This document shows positions 36,355 through 47,463 of a stretch of DNA of 64,000 nucleotides, one piece after another (within the stretch, counting starts at the first letter, position 1; every line of letters begins with the position of its first letter). The position numbers and the translations under genes were made by a program. The notes under the pieces were generated by a model. That model was not told the origin of the DNA and searched no databases. It saw only the letters and a list, made by a program, of their open reading frames with translations. Origin of the DNA: Pseudogymnoascus verrucosus. Its lineage: Eukaryota. Location of the stretch: NCBI GenBank assembly GCA_001662655.1, contig KV460234.1; one strand, 5' to 3'.

Positions 36355-36530
36355 GATGGATTATTCTTTGGCTCACGTTCACAAAGAATGGTAGATAAAG
36401 TCAGAGATATGGTGGTGGTCAATATGACATTGATTCTCAGTTCATCTGCCTTAGTCCCGAGTGCGACGAAAACTTCCTCCGCCCATTAACCCTTCTCGAT
36501 TTGCACATGGACGTCCATCTTCATTTCTGC

Positions 36531-36891
36531 TCAGCGTTGGAGGGATTGGCGGCCGTTAACCTCGCCTGTAATGTACGAGCCGTCGGTGGAGGCACCCGCG
36601 TTCGCGAGCTCAGTGCCGTTACCTTCCTCGGTGTAGTACCTATAAAGTTAGCATCAGCCACATTTGGTGGGCGAAGAATACTGTACATTGAAGCAGGGGC
36701 TTGGAACTGGTAAACGTTAGATCTCAAGCATATGATGATTGTTTTGTGCGAGGAGCAACAAAGATTCACGGGTGGAGTGCAGTAATACATACGTGCGATC
36801 TGAAATAACAGAACAAACTGAACATCGTCACAACCCCAACTGCGAGGAAAATGCCAATAACCAGACCCACAGTATCGGCGGCTTGTGCCAT
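36531..36891 (-). CDS. Small 75-aa single-pass membrane protein (3 exons; not in the ORF track as such)
   Basis: Exons 36891-36793, 36706-36687 and 36639-36531 give MAQAADTVGLVIGIFLAVGVVTMFSLFCYFRSHFQAPASMYYTEEGNGTELANAGASTDGSYITGEVNGRQSLQR. Both introns have CTAAC branch points; the second donor (GTACAG) is weak. TATATAAA at 37093-37086. Confidence 0.6.
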
Positions 36892-37134
36892 TGCTTCAGG
36901 CTTGCTTTGATTGTTCAGGAAGATGAATTGTTCTTGTGGATTTGCTTGAGAATGGTTGATTTGGTGAGTGAGGATTGATGGTGATGCTTCTTTGTGGTTG
37001 TGGAAGGTGGTGAAGGCTCTGTCTTGGATGGTCGAAGATGGTGAAGAGTTGGAGGAAAGAAAGAGGAAATTGTCTCTCGCCCTCCTTTATATAGGAGCGG
37101 GGCATTGTTATGCCCCGCAGGCGAGAGCGTGTCG

Positions 37135-37227
37135 ACCTCACCGTCGCCATCGGCGCGGCGACGGTGAGGTTGCGTCCCACGTCTCCCCTGAGCCACCTGT
37201 GGGTGGCTCAGGGGCGACGTGGGATGC
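37135..37227. repeat. Two abutting inverted repeats (14-bp and 26-bp stems)
   Basis: ACCTCACCGTCGCC-N8-GGCGACGGTGAGGT (37135-37170); GCGTCCCACGTCTCCCCTGAGCCACC-TGTG-GGTGGCTCAGGGGCGACGTGGGATGC (37172-37227, two mismatches). Confidence 0.9.
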
Positions 37228-37575
37228 GGAGAACGAAAGAAAAGAAAGGAAAGGAAAACGACAACAGCAACAAAAGATAACCTACAAATTCGATTGGTAT
37301 AATCATTCAAACTCAAGATATATAAGTATTATAATATAAATTGCAGATATAGATCTTTTATAACTTCAAATTCTGATATGGTTGTATGCCAGATTCATGG
37401 GAGCGGGTGGCTCAGGTGAGAAGCGAAAAAAACAAAACGAAAGGGAACAACAACAACATTTGATAGCCTGCAAATACAATTAGTATATTCCTTAAACTTA
37501 AGATATGAAAGTATTGCAATATACATTACAATTATTGGACTCTACTCTTCAAATTCTGATATAGTTGTATGCAGG
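37201..37575 (+). repeat. Diverged tandem duplication of a ~185-205-bp unit
   Basis: Both copies (37201, 37405) begin GGGTGGCTCAGG, pass through an A-rich/CAA tract, GATA(A/G)CCT(A/G)CAAAT and AAACT(C/T)AAGATAT, and end CTTCAAATTCTGATAT(G/A)GTTGTATGC. Confidence 0.88.
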
Positions 37576-38186
37576 ATCTGGAATGTCTGTTGCCATATTT
37601 GTCACATCCCGCTTGATTTCGGGCCTATAACCCCAGTTTGAAAACAGCCGCTTCTTATGGGAAGTGGTGTAATTCGCCTGCATTATCTGGCAAGGACAAC
37701 ACCGGCCTGAGGTATGGCAGCGTGTTGGACTTTCCCATGGGTGAGCTGGACGTACGTCGGCCTGAGGACTGGAAGTTTTGAGATCTCTTTAATGTGAGTG
37801 GAGTGGTATTTATAACCCCCATCCTTCTCTCTCTTCTTCTTTCTTTCTCTCAATCCACCAACTTCAACAACTCATCGAGAGGTAAGATAAACTCCTTTAT
37901 CAGCGTCGTTTGTCATCAGAACATGAGCCCACAAACAACTCCTATCTTTCAATCTTGATCTAACGTCGTCGTTAAGTTTGGCCCTTCGATCTGAACAACA
38001 ACCCTTTCAACAACTCTACCAGAGCACCTCTTTGGCAAGACTTCTTGGTGAGCCAAGCCATAACGACCTCACATTCAAACATCAGCTAACAATCCAAGAT
38101 TCAACCTCGACTTTAATCTTCCGTGAATCAAGTCAGTCTCATCACCAACCATCCACCCCCTCCAAACTAACCACCCCCACCCCAGA

Positions 38187-38632
38187 ATGAAGTTCCACCT
38201 CCTCCTCGTCTTCCTCGCGGCACTCCTCCCAATCGCCAATGCCTGCCTCTCCATCGCGGTCGAATGGAACCCCGACACCGGTAGAGTGCAAGGTATGGCC
38301 AGAGACAACGGCGTGGTCCGCTGCACCATGGACCAACGCAAGTACGAGAAGCAGCTCTGGTTCGACTGCCAGCCCGGCTTCGCCGCCTACATCACCCGCG
38401 ACTTCAAGCTCTTTGCCTGGCACGCCCACGATGCGGACTACCGTATCGACGCCTACCACGGTGTCGATCTCGCTGGTATTGAGCTTCGCTGGGCCAATTC
38501 CTTTGGCTGCACTTGTGGCGGCTGGAAGTGTGAGTGCTTCTTTTTGTTTTGGGGTGGAGAGAAGAGATGAAGCTAATTATCTTTGTTTATATAGGTCTGT
38601 ACAACAAGGCGGACGACAAGAGTGATAGTTAG
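38187..38632 (+). CDS. Small secreted cysteine-rich protein (126 aa, 6 Cys), effector/toxin-like
   Basis: Signal peptide MKFHLLLVFLAALLPIANA; intron 38530-38594 (GTGAGT..CTAAT..TAG) gives ending FGCTCGGWKCLYNKADDKSDS; strongly C-ending codons. Confidence 0.85.
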
Positions 38633-39072
38633 GGGTCTGCTTTGGACTGCCGAGATCAGATCGCTGGTTTCAACGGCAAACACTATGAGCGCACACTATG
38701 AAATAGGAAATGGATTTTGAGACTTGAGAAGCGTAGGATAGGCACACTGGCGCTTAATCAAACTACTTACTGGGGAATATTCTGTGGTGTGTGATGTGAT
38801 ACAGATGCTGTGATTTGATTGTTGTGACATCTCGTCTGGAACCCTAACTTGTGTCTCTGTTGCGCAGAGTTGCCAGGCGCCAAAATGCACAGTTTCGGCC
38901 AACTTTGGCCGACATAAGGTTAAATATAATCTATTGTAGGTATCTCTGAATCGAGAGGAGAAAATACTCCAATGTGCTAATAAATCAAAGGTCTAGCCTC
39001 GGTGATTACTTTCCTTCATCACCGCTCATAACCACCCCTTCTAGCCAAATCCAACTCCGTCACACCCCGTCA

Positions 39073-40196
39073 TTAAACACTCATCTTCATCGCAATCCCC
39101 TTGTGCGGCTTATACCCCACGACCTCAAAGTCCTCCAGCGTCCACCCATCCACATCACCCCCCTTCTCCCGCTTAATCTCCAACCCCGGAAACTCCCTCG
39201 GCTGCCTCTCCAACTGCACCTCCAGCGCCTCCACATGATCAAGATACACATGCGCGTCGCCCATCGTATGCGTGAACGTCCCTGGCACGAGGTCACACAC
39301 ATGCGCCAGCATATGCGTCAGCAGCGCATAACTGGCAATATTAAACGGCACTCCCAAGCCCATATCGCAACTGCGCTGGTACAGCTGGCAATGCAGATGA
39401 CCCTTTGGCTTCTCTCCCTCCTGGCCCTTCTTCGCGCGTGGATAACTGACGTAGAACTGCGCGAACATGTGACACGGCGGCAGAGCCATGATCTTCAGAT
39501 CCGCGGGGTTCCATGCACTCAGGATAATTCGGCGGTCATACGGCGTATGGCGCAGCTTGTGAATCACCTCCGCCAGCTGATCAACACCCTGTCCCGTGTA
39601 GTCCGTCTGGGCGTCCACGTACTTGGCCCCAAAGTGCCGCCACTGGAATCCGTAGACAGGGCCGAGATCACCCTCCACGCGCTCTGTGAGCCCGATGCTA
39701 TCGAGGTAGGCGCGCGATCCATTGCCATCCCAGATTTTGATGCCGGCTTCTGAAAGGGGGAGGGAGGAGGTGGAGCCGCTGATGAACCAGAGGAGCTCGG
39801 CGAGGACGGCGCGGAGGAAGACGCGCTTGGTTGTGAGGAGGGGAAGGAGGGGGGAGCCGCTGGGGGAGGTGAGGCTGAATTTTAGGGGAGTGGGCGCGAA
39901 GATAGAGAGGGTGCCTGTGCCGGTCCTGAGGGGGTGTTAGAGGTCTCTTGGAGTAGGGGATGAGATGGGACATACCTGTCGGGCCTGTGTTCGCCGTTGT
40001 CGAGGATGTCGCGGATAAGCTTGAGGTATTGGAATTCTTCATGATTTGGGTCCGCCGGAGGTTCAACTGGCTCAGAGATGCTGCTTGTAGTCGCAGCGTT
40101 ATATGCCAGCGCGTTGTCTATTGCCGCCGCCTTATCACTCGCATTCGTGTTCGCCACGTCTACCGGCGGCATTGACTCTACTGCTGCGGAAGCCAT
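39073..40196 (-). CDS. CDC21: Thymidylate synthase
   Basis: Intron 39975-39926 joins HEEFQYL..RPDR to TGTGT. Motifs [41 protein letters not shown]-terminal MKMSV. Confidence 0.98.
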
Positions 40197-40355
40197 TATT
40201 CAATGTGTTCTCTCGCAATTGAGGCACCTATTCTGTTTATTTATCAGAATTTTACTTCTGTTGTCCCAGCCTTGTCAAACGAGGAAGTTGCGCTGCTTAA
40301 TATCGACTTTTATTATTTTGTCCTTGATGCATTGGAGGGGTGGCCCAGGTCGACC

Positions 40356-40392
40356 CCGCGACGCGTTAAGTGCAATTTCTAGCGCGTCGCGG
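40356..40392. promoter_or_regulatory. MCB (MluI cell-cycle box) pair upstream of thymidylate synthase
   Basis: ACGCGT at 40361-40366 within inverted CCGCGACGCG...CGCGTCGCGG, about 165 bp upstream of the ATG. Confidence 0.65.
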
Positions 40393-41024
40393 CCGCAAGT
40401 CCACAAATGTGCTCAGCCTCGTGGCGCCGATACAGGACAAGGCTGTGAATCCCGAACCCCAACTTTCCCCAATTTACCTTGGTGGGACCCTGGTGTGGAT
40501 CATCAATGCATCCGAGTCCATACATTGTGATGGGATTAATAAATATTGATATACCTTGATGGCTTTGATGGAAAGATGGAAGGATGAAGATATTACGAAC
40601 TGAAAACAGAAACACCCATAGCCTTGTACTACCGTGCCGCTCTCTTCTCCATTGTATGCATACGGTATCGATTCTGGTGATGTGGTCCATTGACAGTCCC
40701 CAATATCTTGTACCCAGGGCCTCACTAATTGGGAGAAGCAGAAGTTTTAGAGGAGGGTGGTAAGTATTATATATTTCTGTTTCCGTCTCATTCGTTGTCT
40801 CCGGATCTTGTAGGAGACCCTATCTAATGGTCCCCTATTCGTGTCAAACTAGCCTCTACAACGCTATATACTACGCTATATGCTATGCTCTGTGTGAACT
40901 CCATCTATGCCCATGCTGCACCAGACCGCTCATTAATAATCATACACTCTGCTGAAGCAGTCCCAAACGCCCTCAACGCCTCGCCAAGCATTACAAGTCC
41001 AAGTACCCAATGAACCCCTTTTCA

Positions 41025-42080
41025 TCACGCCCACATCGCCATTCCCTTACTCCGCACGTTCTTATTGATCACGCCGCCAACCCCAAACGCCGGCACAATC
41101 CGACACACTCGCGCCGCAGCACTGATTCCCCAATTCTTCCAGATGATGGAGGCCCTACTCCTCCACCCCTCGCCATGCGGTCTGTTGTAGAGGTCCAGGC
41201 CGAGCAAATGCATCGGTGTGCTGACCAGCTGGATCGCTGCGGGCGCCGCAAACTGCGCGATTGTCTGTGCGCTAATTGTCTCTTCCAGCTCGCCCATGTG
41301 TCGCGACATTGACGGGCCTATTAGTGGTGGGATGTTAAACGATGCGAAGATAGTCATGCAGTCACGCATGGCGAAGAGTATCATGGTGGGCATCGGGACC
41401 GGGCGAGGAGGTCCACTCGGACCGAAGAGCTGTGCGAACTTGCGGTCTTTGATGAGGCAGAGGCCAATGTTGGCGGTGGAGGAGGCAGCGAATTTTAAGG
41501 GGCCAGAAGTAACGAGCGTCGCGTCCTGGGCGGTCACGGTGGATGTGATGGTGTCGAGGGTGTTTGCTGTTAGGTAGGTGCCGCCGTAGAGCATGCATAT
41601 TAGGCCGAAGGGTTTCGAGAAGAACATCGATTTCGGGGATAGTATTAAGGAGCGAAAGGATGCCCTGAGGGACTCTTTTATCGGGGCACGGCCTGATGCG
41701 TTTTCCATAATGGCTCTGTGGGGGAATGAGTCAGTGAAAGTCTTCATTCGGTCAACGAGGAAGGGGTGACCGTGGTCTGGGTCAGGCTCAGATAGGATTT
41801 AGTAAGACAGCTTTCTGCTGATTCTTGAGGTAATGGCAGGCAACATAGCTTCGTAGCCTTTGAAGTTAGGCAGCTGGAGGTTACACCTTGAGGATTCTGT
41901 TTATACGTACTTATCTATGATTGTGATGAGAGGTGCAACTGTGACGGCGGATGCGAACGCGGCAGTAGCATCCGTGGCCAGTCGTGGAATTAGGTTCTTG
42001 GTGTTCCATTTTGCGTTGGAAGGAGCCACCTGCGAAGACTTCTCGTCGTTCATTTTGACGTCCATTATCTTTGAATCCAT
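41025..42080 (-). CDS. Conserved uncharacterised membrane protein (S. pombe C365.16-like, probably mitochondrial)
   Basis: Intron 41910-41716 joins APLITIIDK to AIMENASG; motifs LYGGTYLTAN, RDCMTIFASFN, STPMHLLGLDLYNR, RIVPAFGVGGV. Family assignment is from memory. Confidence 0.7.
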
Positions 42081-42309
42081 CGTCGTCGATTGTGCAACGA
42101 TATATGGAATGCATTGCACCGAGTACGGCGGCTTTCATCGGACTTTAACTCGCTTATTTATTTTGTCGGAGTATCATCGGAGTTTGGCTCGCCCAACAAG
42201 AATTTGTATGTTCCGGATGCAACGGAGAAGCAGTTTCGCCGAAATCTCATAACGAAAGTCAATCCCCAAGGTCACCCACCATAAGCTCCAACGAGCGCAT
42301 CACTGAAAC

Positions 42310-42804
42310 ATGACGGAACTCAACGACCTTATAGACACAGTCTTGGGCTACTTGTCCCAAGGCTTCGAGAATCTCAAGCACAATGCCGAACACTATGCAT
42401 CCATGTCTCTCAAGGAATGGGTCCGCATCGTAACCATCGTGGGCGCCTACCTCCTCCTCCGTCCGTACCTAAGCCAATGGGCCGCCAAACTACAATCCGC
42501 GGAGCACGACAAGGAAATCGACGCCGATGAGTTGGCCACCCCGGCCACCGGGCCCAAAGCAGCCATCAGCGCCAACTCCCTGCGCGGACAAGTCGAGGTG
42601 CCCGAGGATAGCGAGAGCGACGAGGACACGGGCGAGGCTGTGGAGGCGACGGCGCAGACGACCAGTGCAAACTGGGGCAAGAAGGCGAGGAAGCGCCAAC
42701 GGGCGATGATCAAGCGGATTATTGAGGCGGATGAGAAGTTGAGGGCCGAGACGGAGGCGTATGATGATGAGGAGGATAAGGACATCGAGCAGTACCTGAC
42801 GTAA
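42310..42804 (+). CDS. PGA2: Protein-trafficking factor Pga2-like
   Basis: WVRIVTIVGAYLLLRPY TM motif, WGKKARKRQR, acidic C-terminal EDKDIEQYL. Confidence 0.8.
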   Translation: MTELNDLIDTVLGYLSQGFENLKHNAEHYASMSLKEWVRIVTIVGAYLLLRPYLSQWAAKLQSAEHDKEIDADELATPATGPKAAISANSLRGQVEVPEDSESDEDTGEAVEATAQTTSANWGKKARKRQRAMIKRIIEADEKLRAETEAYDDEEDKDIEQYLT

Positions 42805-43618
42805 GGGCGGGGGCTACAGTGTAGGAGGATATATGACTACGGAGACTGGCATCATGGCTTTACGGGGGATGTTGGAATAGCGAAGGAGGCGTTTGGGAAT
42901 GGGGAATGGGAGTATAGAAATGAGGCATAAGAATTATTAATAATTATACATTGCAAACCGCCCTACTCATAAGTATTGTACAGTCGAAAGGCGGAATATG
43001 GGCGGCAAAAAGTAGATATGATGATCGTTCATATCCAGGCACTGATAGCCATCCATTCGTTGTTGGTCTCGCCCCCCGCAGAAGTGCTTATGCGCCACTT
43101 CATCCTTCGCTGTCATGGTAGCCTCGCAGCGCATCAAGTCGTACAGTCTAGTGGACTGCTGTCCTAGAAGACTAGTTACAACATTGCCCAGTTGACGCCA
43201 CCGCCTGCAGGACGCCAAATCTAGTCACTTGCCGGTGAAAACGTACGGCGGCAACTCTTAAAAATGACCTCGAAAAGGCGGCTTCACAAACCACTATAGC
43301 CCATCGAGCAGCTAGGAAACAAAAGAGCCTACCCCAGGCGTCTCGCTGCCACCGCTTGAGCTCTAGACTCGCCTTCGTTGCGCCGAGCTACTGCATGTAA
43401 CGCTCAGCCTCACGGCCTTGTCCGCAAAACAAGGGCATGCATGCATCATCATGCATACAAAGAGGTCCACCTAGAACTCAACACTCTACAGCCACAGTGC
43501 AAAATCCAGAACTTTGCGCAATACACTGAATCATTCTCAATGACTTGACTTTACGATCTGCTTTTTGCTTTCTGCTTGTTATCGTAGCGACGGCGTTGAG
43601 CTTATCGACGCGGGCATT

Positions 43619-46361
43619 ATGGCCCCCCCACCAAGATCGACCTTGGATGCGGACGACTTGCTGTTGAATGGCTTCTTCAAGACGTCGAGAAGCCGGCAAA
43701 CTGCCCCGTCTCCGTGAGTTCACTACGCCAGGTCTAGTGAACTAAACTAACCAGTACAGGCCTCCCATCTACGGTTCACTGCCAGTTAACCTCCAAGCAC
43801 CCTCTTTCTACGACACCACTCAACCCTCGAGACCTCGGCAGCCCCCAAGAAAGGGCTGGCCGCCGAAACCACACTGCGAAGATGAGAGAGACTCATTGGT
43901 GAGGGAATATGGGGAGGCACACGCGAAGGCTTTCTACGACCCGCCCTCCAAAGGTGTGATAGATCAGCTACCTATCCTCTACGACTCTGAGCTCTCTGTC
44001 TCCGATTCTATGAAACCCGAACCCACAAAGCCAGAGCCACCATGCCGGAAAGATGACAACGGCGAGCGACGTTTCGTGCTTGTACCCAAGCCGGATACCC
44101 CCTCCTCGTCTGAGAACGACACTGCAGGGAAATCCAAGAAGGTGCCTGTCAAACCAGTCGTCGTCCAAGAACAAGTGAAACCAAGGCACCATAGAGAGGG
44201 TCGAAATTCTCCCCCAGAACAAGTGAGACCGAGGCATCGAAAGGAGAGTCGAGATTCCCCTCCGCCCATAACTCGAAGGAGAAGTCGGCAGGATCTGCCT
44301 GCTCTGACCACGAATCTCGAGCCTCACCCCCCACCATTCCGCCGTTCGACTTCGGCATACGCTTACAATCCGAGGCATGATGATCCTGGCCGCACGGTTA
44401 GAAGCCCGTCAGTGATTCCGTCAGCGAATGCATTCTTATCTCCTGAGTCGTCTGCGGGAAATGGAGGCCTGTTTGATATCGCTGCCCACTCACTACCAAG
44501 GAAGTATGGCGGCTCATCCCCAAAGCCTAGCTCACCGATGACCGAGAGGAAACCAACCTTGAGTGGATCGTTGCAGCCGCATATGCTAGGTCATGATAAT
44601 AGCCGTGGGAGTGTGGACAGCAGACCTAGATCCAGAGGAGATCCAGCAGAGAGACCGCCACGGCCCCTGCCGTTGGGTGATGATAGTAGCTCGCGCCGCC
44701 CAGAACGACCAAGTTCGCGGCTCAATCAGCATGACAGCTCTGATCGTCGCCACTCACGGCAGTCCTCAACCCAGTCAACCAGGAGAGGATACGTCAGCAG
44801 TGACCTAGATGATAGCGACTCGTCAAACTCCGACAGGCGACGTCGGCGCCACCATCGTCACCCATCTCGCCACGGGGACAGTCTGTATCCTGAAGTCGAA
44901 CCTTCGCGACATCGCCGGACCGGTTCCAATCAATCAAATCTTGATTTCGGTACTCCCAAGAAAACATACTCCATGCCACTCCCCAGCCCACGAACAGGGG
45001 GAGCAGGGCCGCTTGCAGCAGTTGGCCTCGCTGCGGGGCTGTTAGATAGCCAGAGAAAGGACACATACCCACCTGTATTTGAGAATACAGCGGGATCGAG
45101 GCCTGTCTCTCCGTTTTCTCCATATGGTTCAACCCCGCAGACGCCTTATACCGCTCCAGGTAGACAAAGGGACCTGAGTCCTGTCGACATCGACCCGTTA
45201 TCTAAAGACCCCAATGCTACGCTACCGATGCCTATCCCAATGAGTGGGAGAGGACGTGGCGATGTACAATTTCCCAGTCCCTATGGCCAAGGTAGCTATC
45301 AATCTGGCACGCCTCCCACGCAAAAGGATTACTGGCAACCGCCTCCCTTCCAACCTCCAGTCGAATCTCCCCACCTCGAGGTCCCGAACATGGGCTACGT
45401 CCGCCGATTCTCCGAAGACATGGGCGGCGACGGCAGCATCGCTCCGCTCCTACCCTGTCCCCGCACCTCCCCCGTCCGCGGCAAAGTCGACTGGCTCACC
45501 CTCCCCAAATGCCGCGGCTTCAACATCTGCCCCTCCTGCTACCAATCAGCCATCGAACAAACTCCCTTCCACACCTTCTTCGTCCCCGCGCCCTTCCGCT
45601 CCCTCGACGACGAGGTAAGCTGCGACTTCGGCACCCAGCCTTGGTACCGCATCGCGTGGCTCCTCCTCAAGAAGAACCGCGCGAAGGACCTTGCTCTCCT
45701 CCACCAAATCGCACATATCTCCGCCACCACGCCACCCTGTCTCGGCGGCCACGAGGCAACACGGAAATGGCACTCGGTGCGCGACCCCGACTCAGGACGC
45801 CTCGTTCACAACTTTGGCGTCTGCCACGCCTGCTCGCAGGTCGTCGAGGCCCTGCTCCCGGCTACCCGCGGCCTCTTCGTGCCTACCCACCCTGAAGGTG
45901 CGCCGGCGCCAAAACGCACCTGCGATCTCCGCTTTGATAGCCCGCGCTTCTTGCACTACTTTGACTCGCTGGAACTGCTCGCTGACCGGGCTGGTGCCTC
46001 GGGACGCGCACTGGACTCACGCCCGTTCGTGGGGTTGGCGAAGCGCTTCGTTACTACGCAGCCGTGTAGGGGGGATAAGGATGTGTTTGATTCGCGGTGG
46101 TATTCTATCGCGCAGTTGCCTGAGCTGTCTGTGTGCGCTGAGTGTTTCGAGGAGGTTGTGCGGCCAGAGGCGGAGCGGCGGCGTGCTATTGCGGCGATGT
46201 TTGCGCTGGGGAGGGAGGTGCCGGTTGGGAATTGTGGGATGCATTCGCGGAGAATGAGGGAGGTGTTTAGGGAGGCTGTTAGGAAGGATGATTATGTGTT
46301 GTTGGCGAGGGCGGCGAGGGAGAGGAGGGAGAAGGAGGTTAATAGATTGAGAAGGGAGTAG
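43619..46361 (+). CDS. Uncharacterised Ser/Arg/Pro-rich protein with C-terminal repeated CxxC modules
   Basis: ATG 43619; intron 43714-43759 joins MAPPPRST...SP to PPIYGSLP in frame with the 821-aa ORF. Three W...(F/L)x(I/V)CxxC units near the C-terminus. Confidence 0.75.
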
Positions 46362-47213
46362 GGAGGGTGGGAATAGGTGGGATGAGAAATGAGTTACGAA
46401 TATATGAATACGACAGAGCTAGACTAGATGAATACGAAACATTATATACACCATATATTAAATATTCTCTGAAGCAATGGGTGTCAATTGAACCATTGAA
46501 GGAAGCATTTACCTGTCGGCCATTTTTTCATGAATAAGTGATATTAGACAATCTATTTGCGCATTACCACCCTCACTCGTAATGAGCCTTGTTTCTGACG
46601 TCCCTGCTCCTCGCGACTCTACAGACAATAGGCCACAAGGCAGCCTCGCCGGCCTTAAACCATAACGGTGGTGAAGACAATGATTGCTCGGGTTTGTACA
46701 GATTCTACGGGCCGGGCAGGAGGATCAGATGAACCAATTGACAAGTCTGTATAAGGCGTGACCATATACATCTCCAGTAAACAGCGCGTGGTGAAGGTTC
46801 TCATTTTTTGAGGCTGCGGATCTCAACCACATCGAGAATCACTCATCACAACTGAGCTTAACCAACTCAGCTGTTCACCCTGCCTTATCACGGCATTCCC
46901 TACTTGGAAAGGCCAACAGTTACATCGTGTCAAGTGAAAACCCGATTTATGCCGATTTTTTAAACATAATTTTGAAGAAAACAGGCGTATTTGAGAGTGA
47001 AACATACACCATAGACACTGCCACAACATGGGCTTATCGCGAATTATCGACGCCACTAGCCTTCAACCTGCCAAACAAAAGGCTGCATTTAGCAAGGGTA
47101 CCGGCAATTCAACCATATTAAAGTATTTAGAACGGGGAAATATACAATATATATATATATAAATTATATAAAATACCTCGGCTTACTGCATTGCGAGTTA
47201 TAGAGAAAGCCGA

Positions 47214-47326
47214 CTTATCTCCACTTATCGCCACTGTGCTCCTTCCCTCTACCAAACTCTATCTCTCCAATCTTCTCTTTATCTTATCACACAGGTTTCC
47301 CCGCAAAATGTTATAAGCCCGCGGAG
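47214..47326. promoter_or_regulatory. Cluster of GATA sites plus NirA-type CTCCGCGG upstream of flavohemoglobin
   Basis: CTTATC at 47214 and 47224, TTATCTTATC at about 47279-47288, CCGCGGAG at 47319-47326 (reverse complement fits CTCCGHGG). Confidence 0.5.
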
Positions 47327-47463
47327 ATGCTCTTCTCAGGATTCACGTCTACTATCTCGAATTTTTCTGTTTCACTCTGTTTTCCCTCTCCCTTCTCTGC
47401 TTTCTCTACTCATTATCCTCACAATTCTCATTATCCTCTCTGTACAAACAATTCCTCGCAAAA

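Noticed and set aside
38974..39753. 259-aa plus-strand ORF
   Set aside because: Antisense shadow of thymidylate synthase.
43668..43713. Alternative ATG at 43668 for the Ser/Arg-rich gene
   Set aside because: Out of frame with exon 2 after splicing at either nearby acceptor; ATG 43619 fits.
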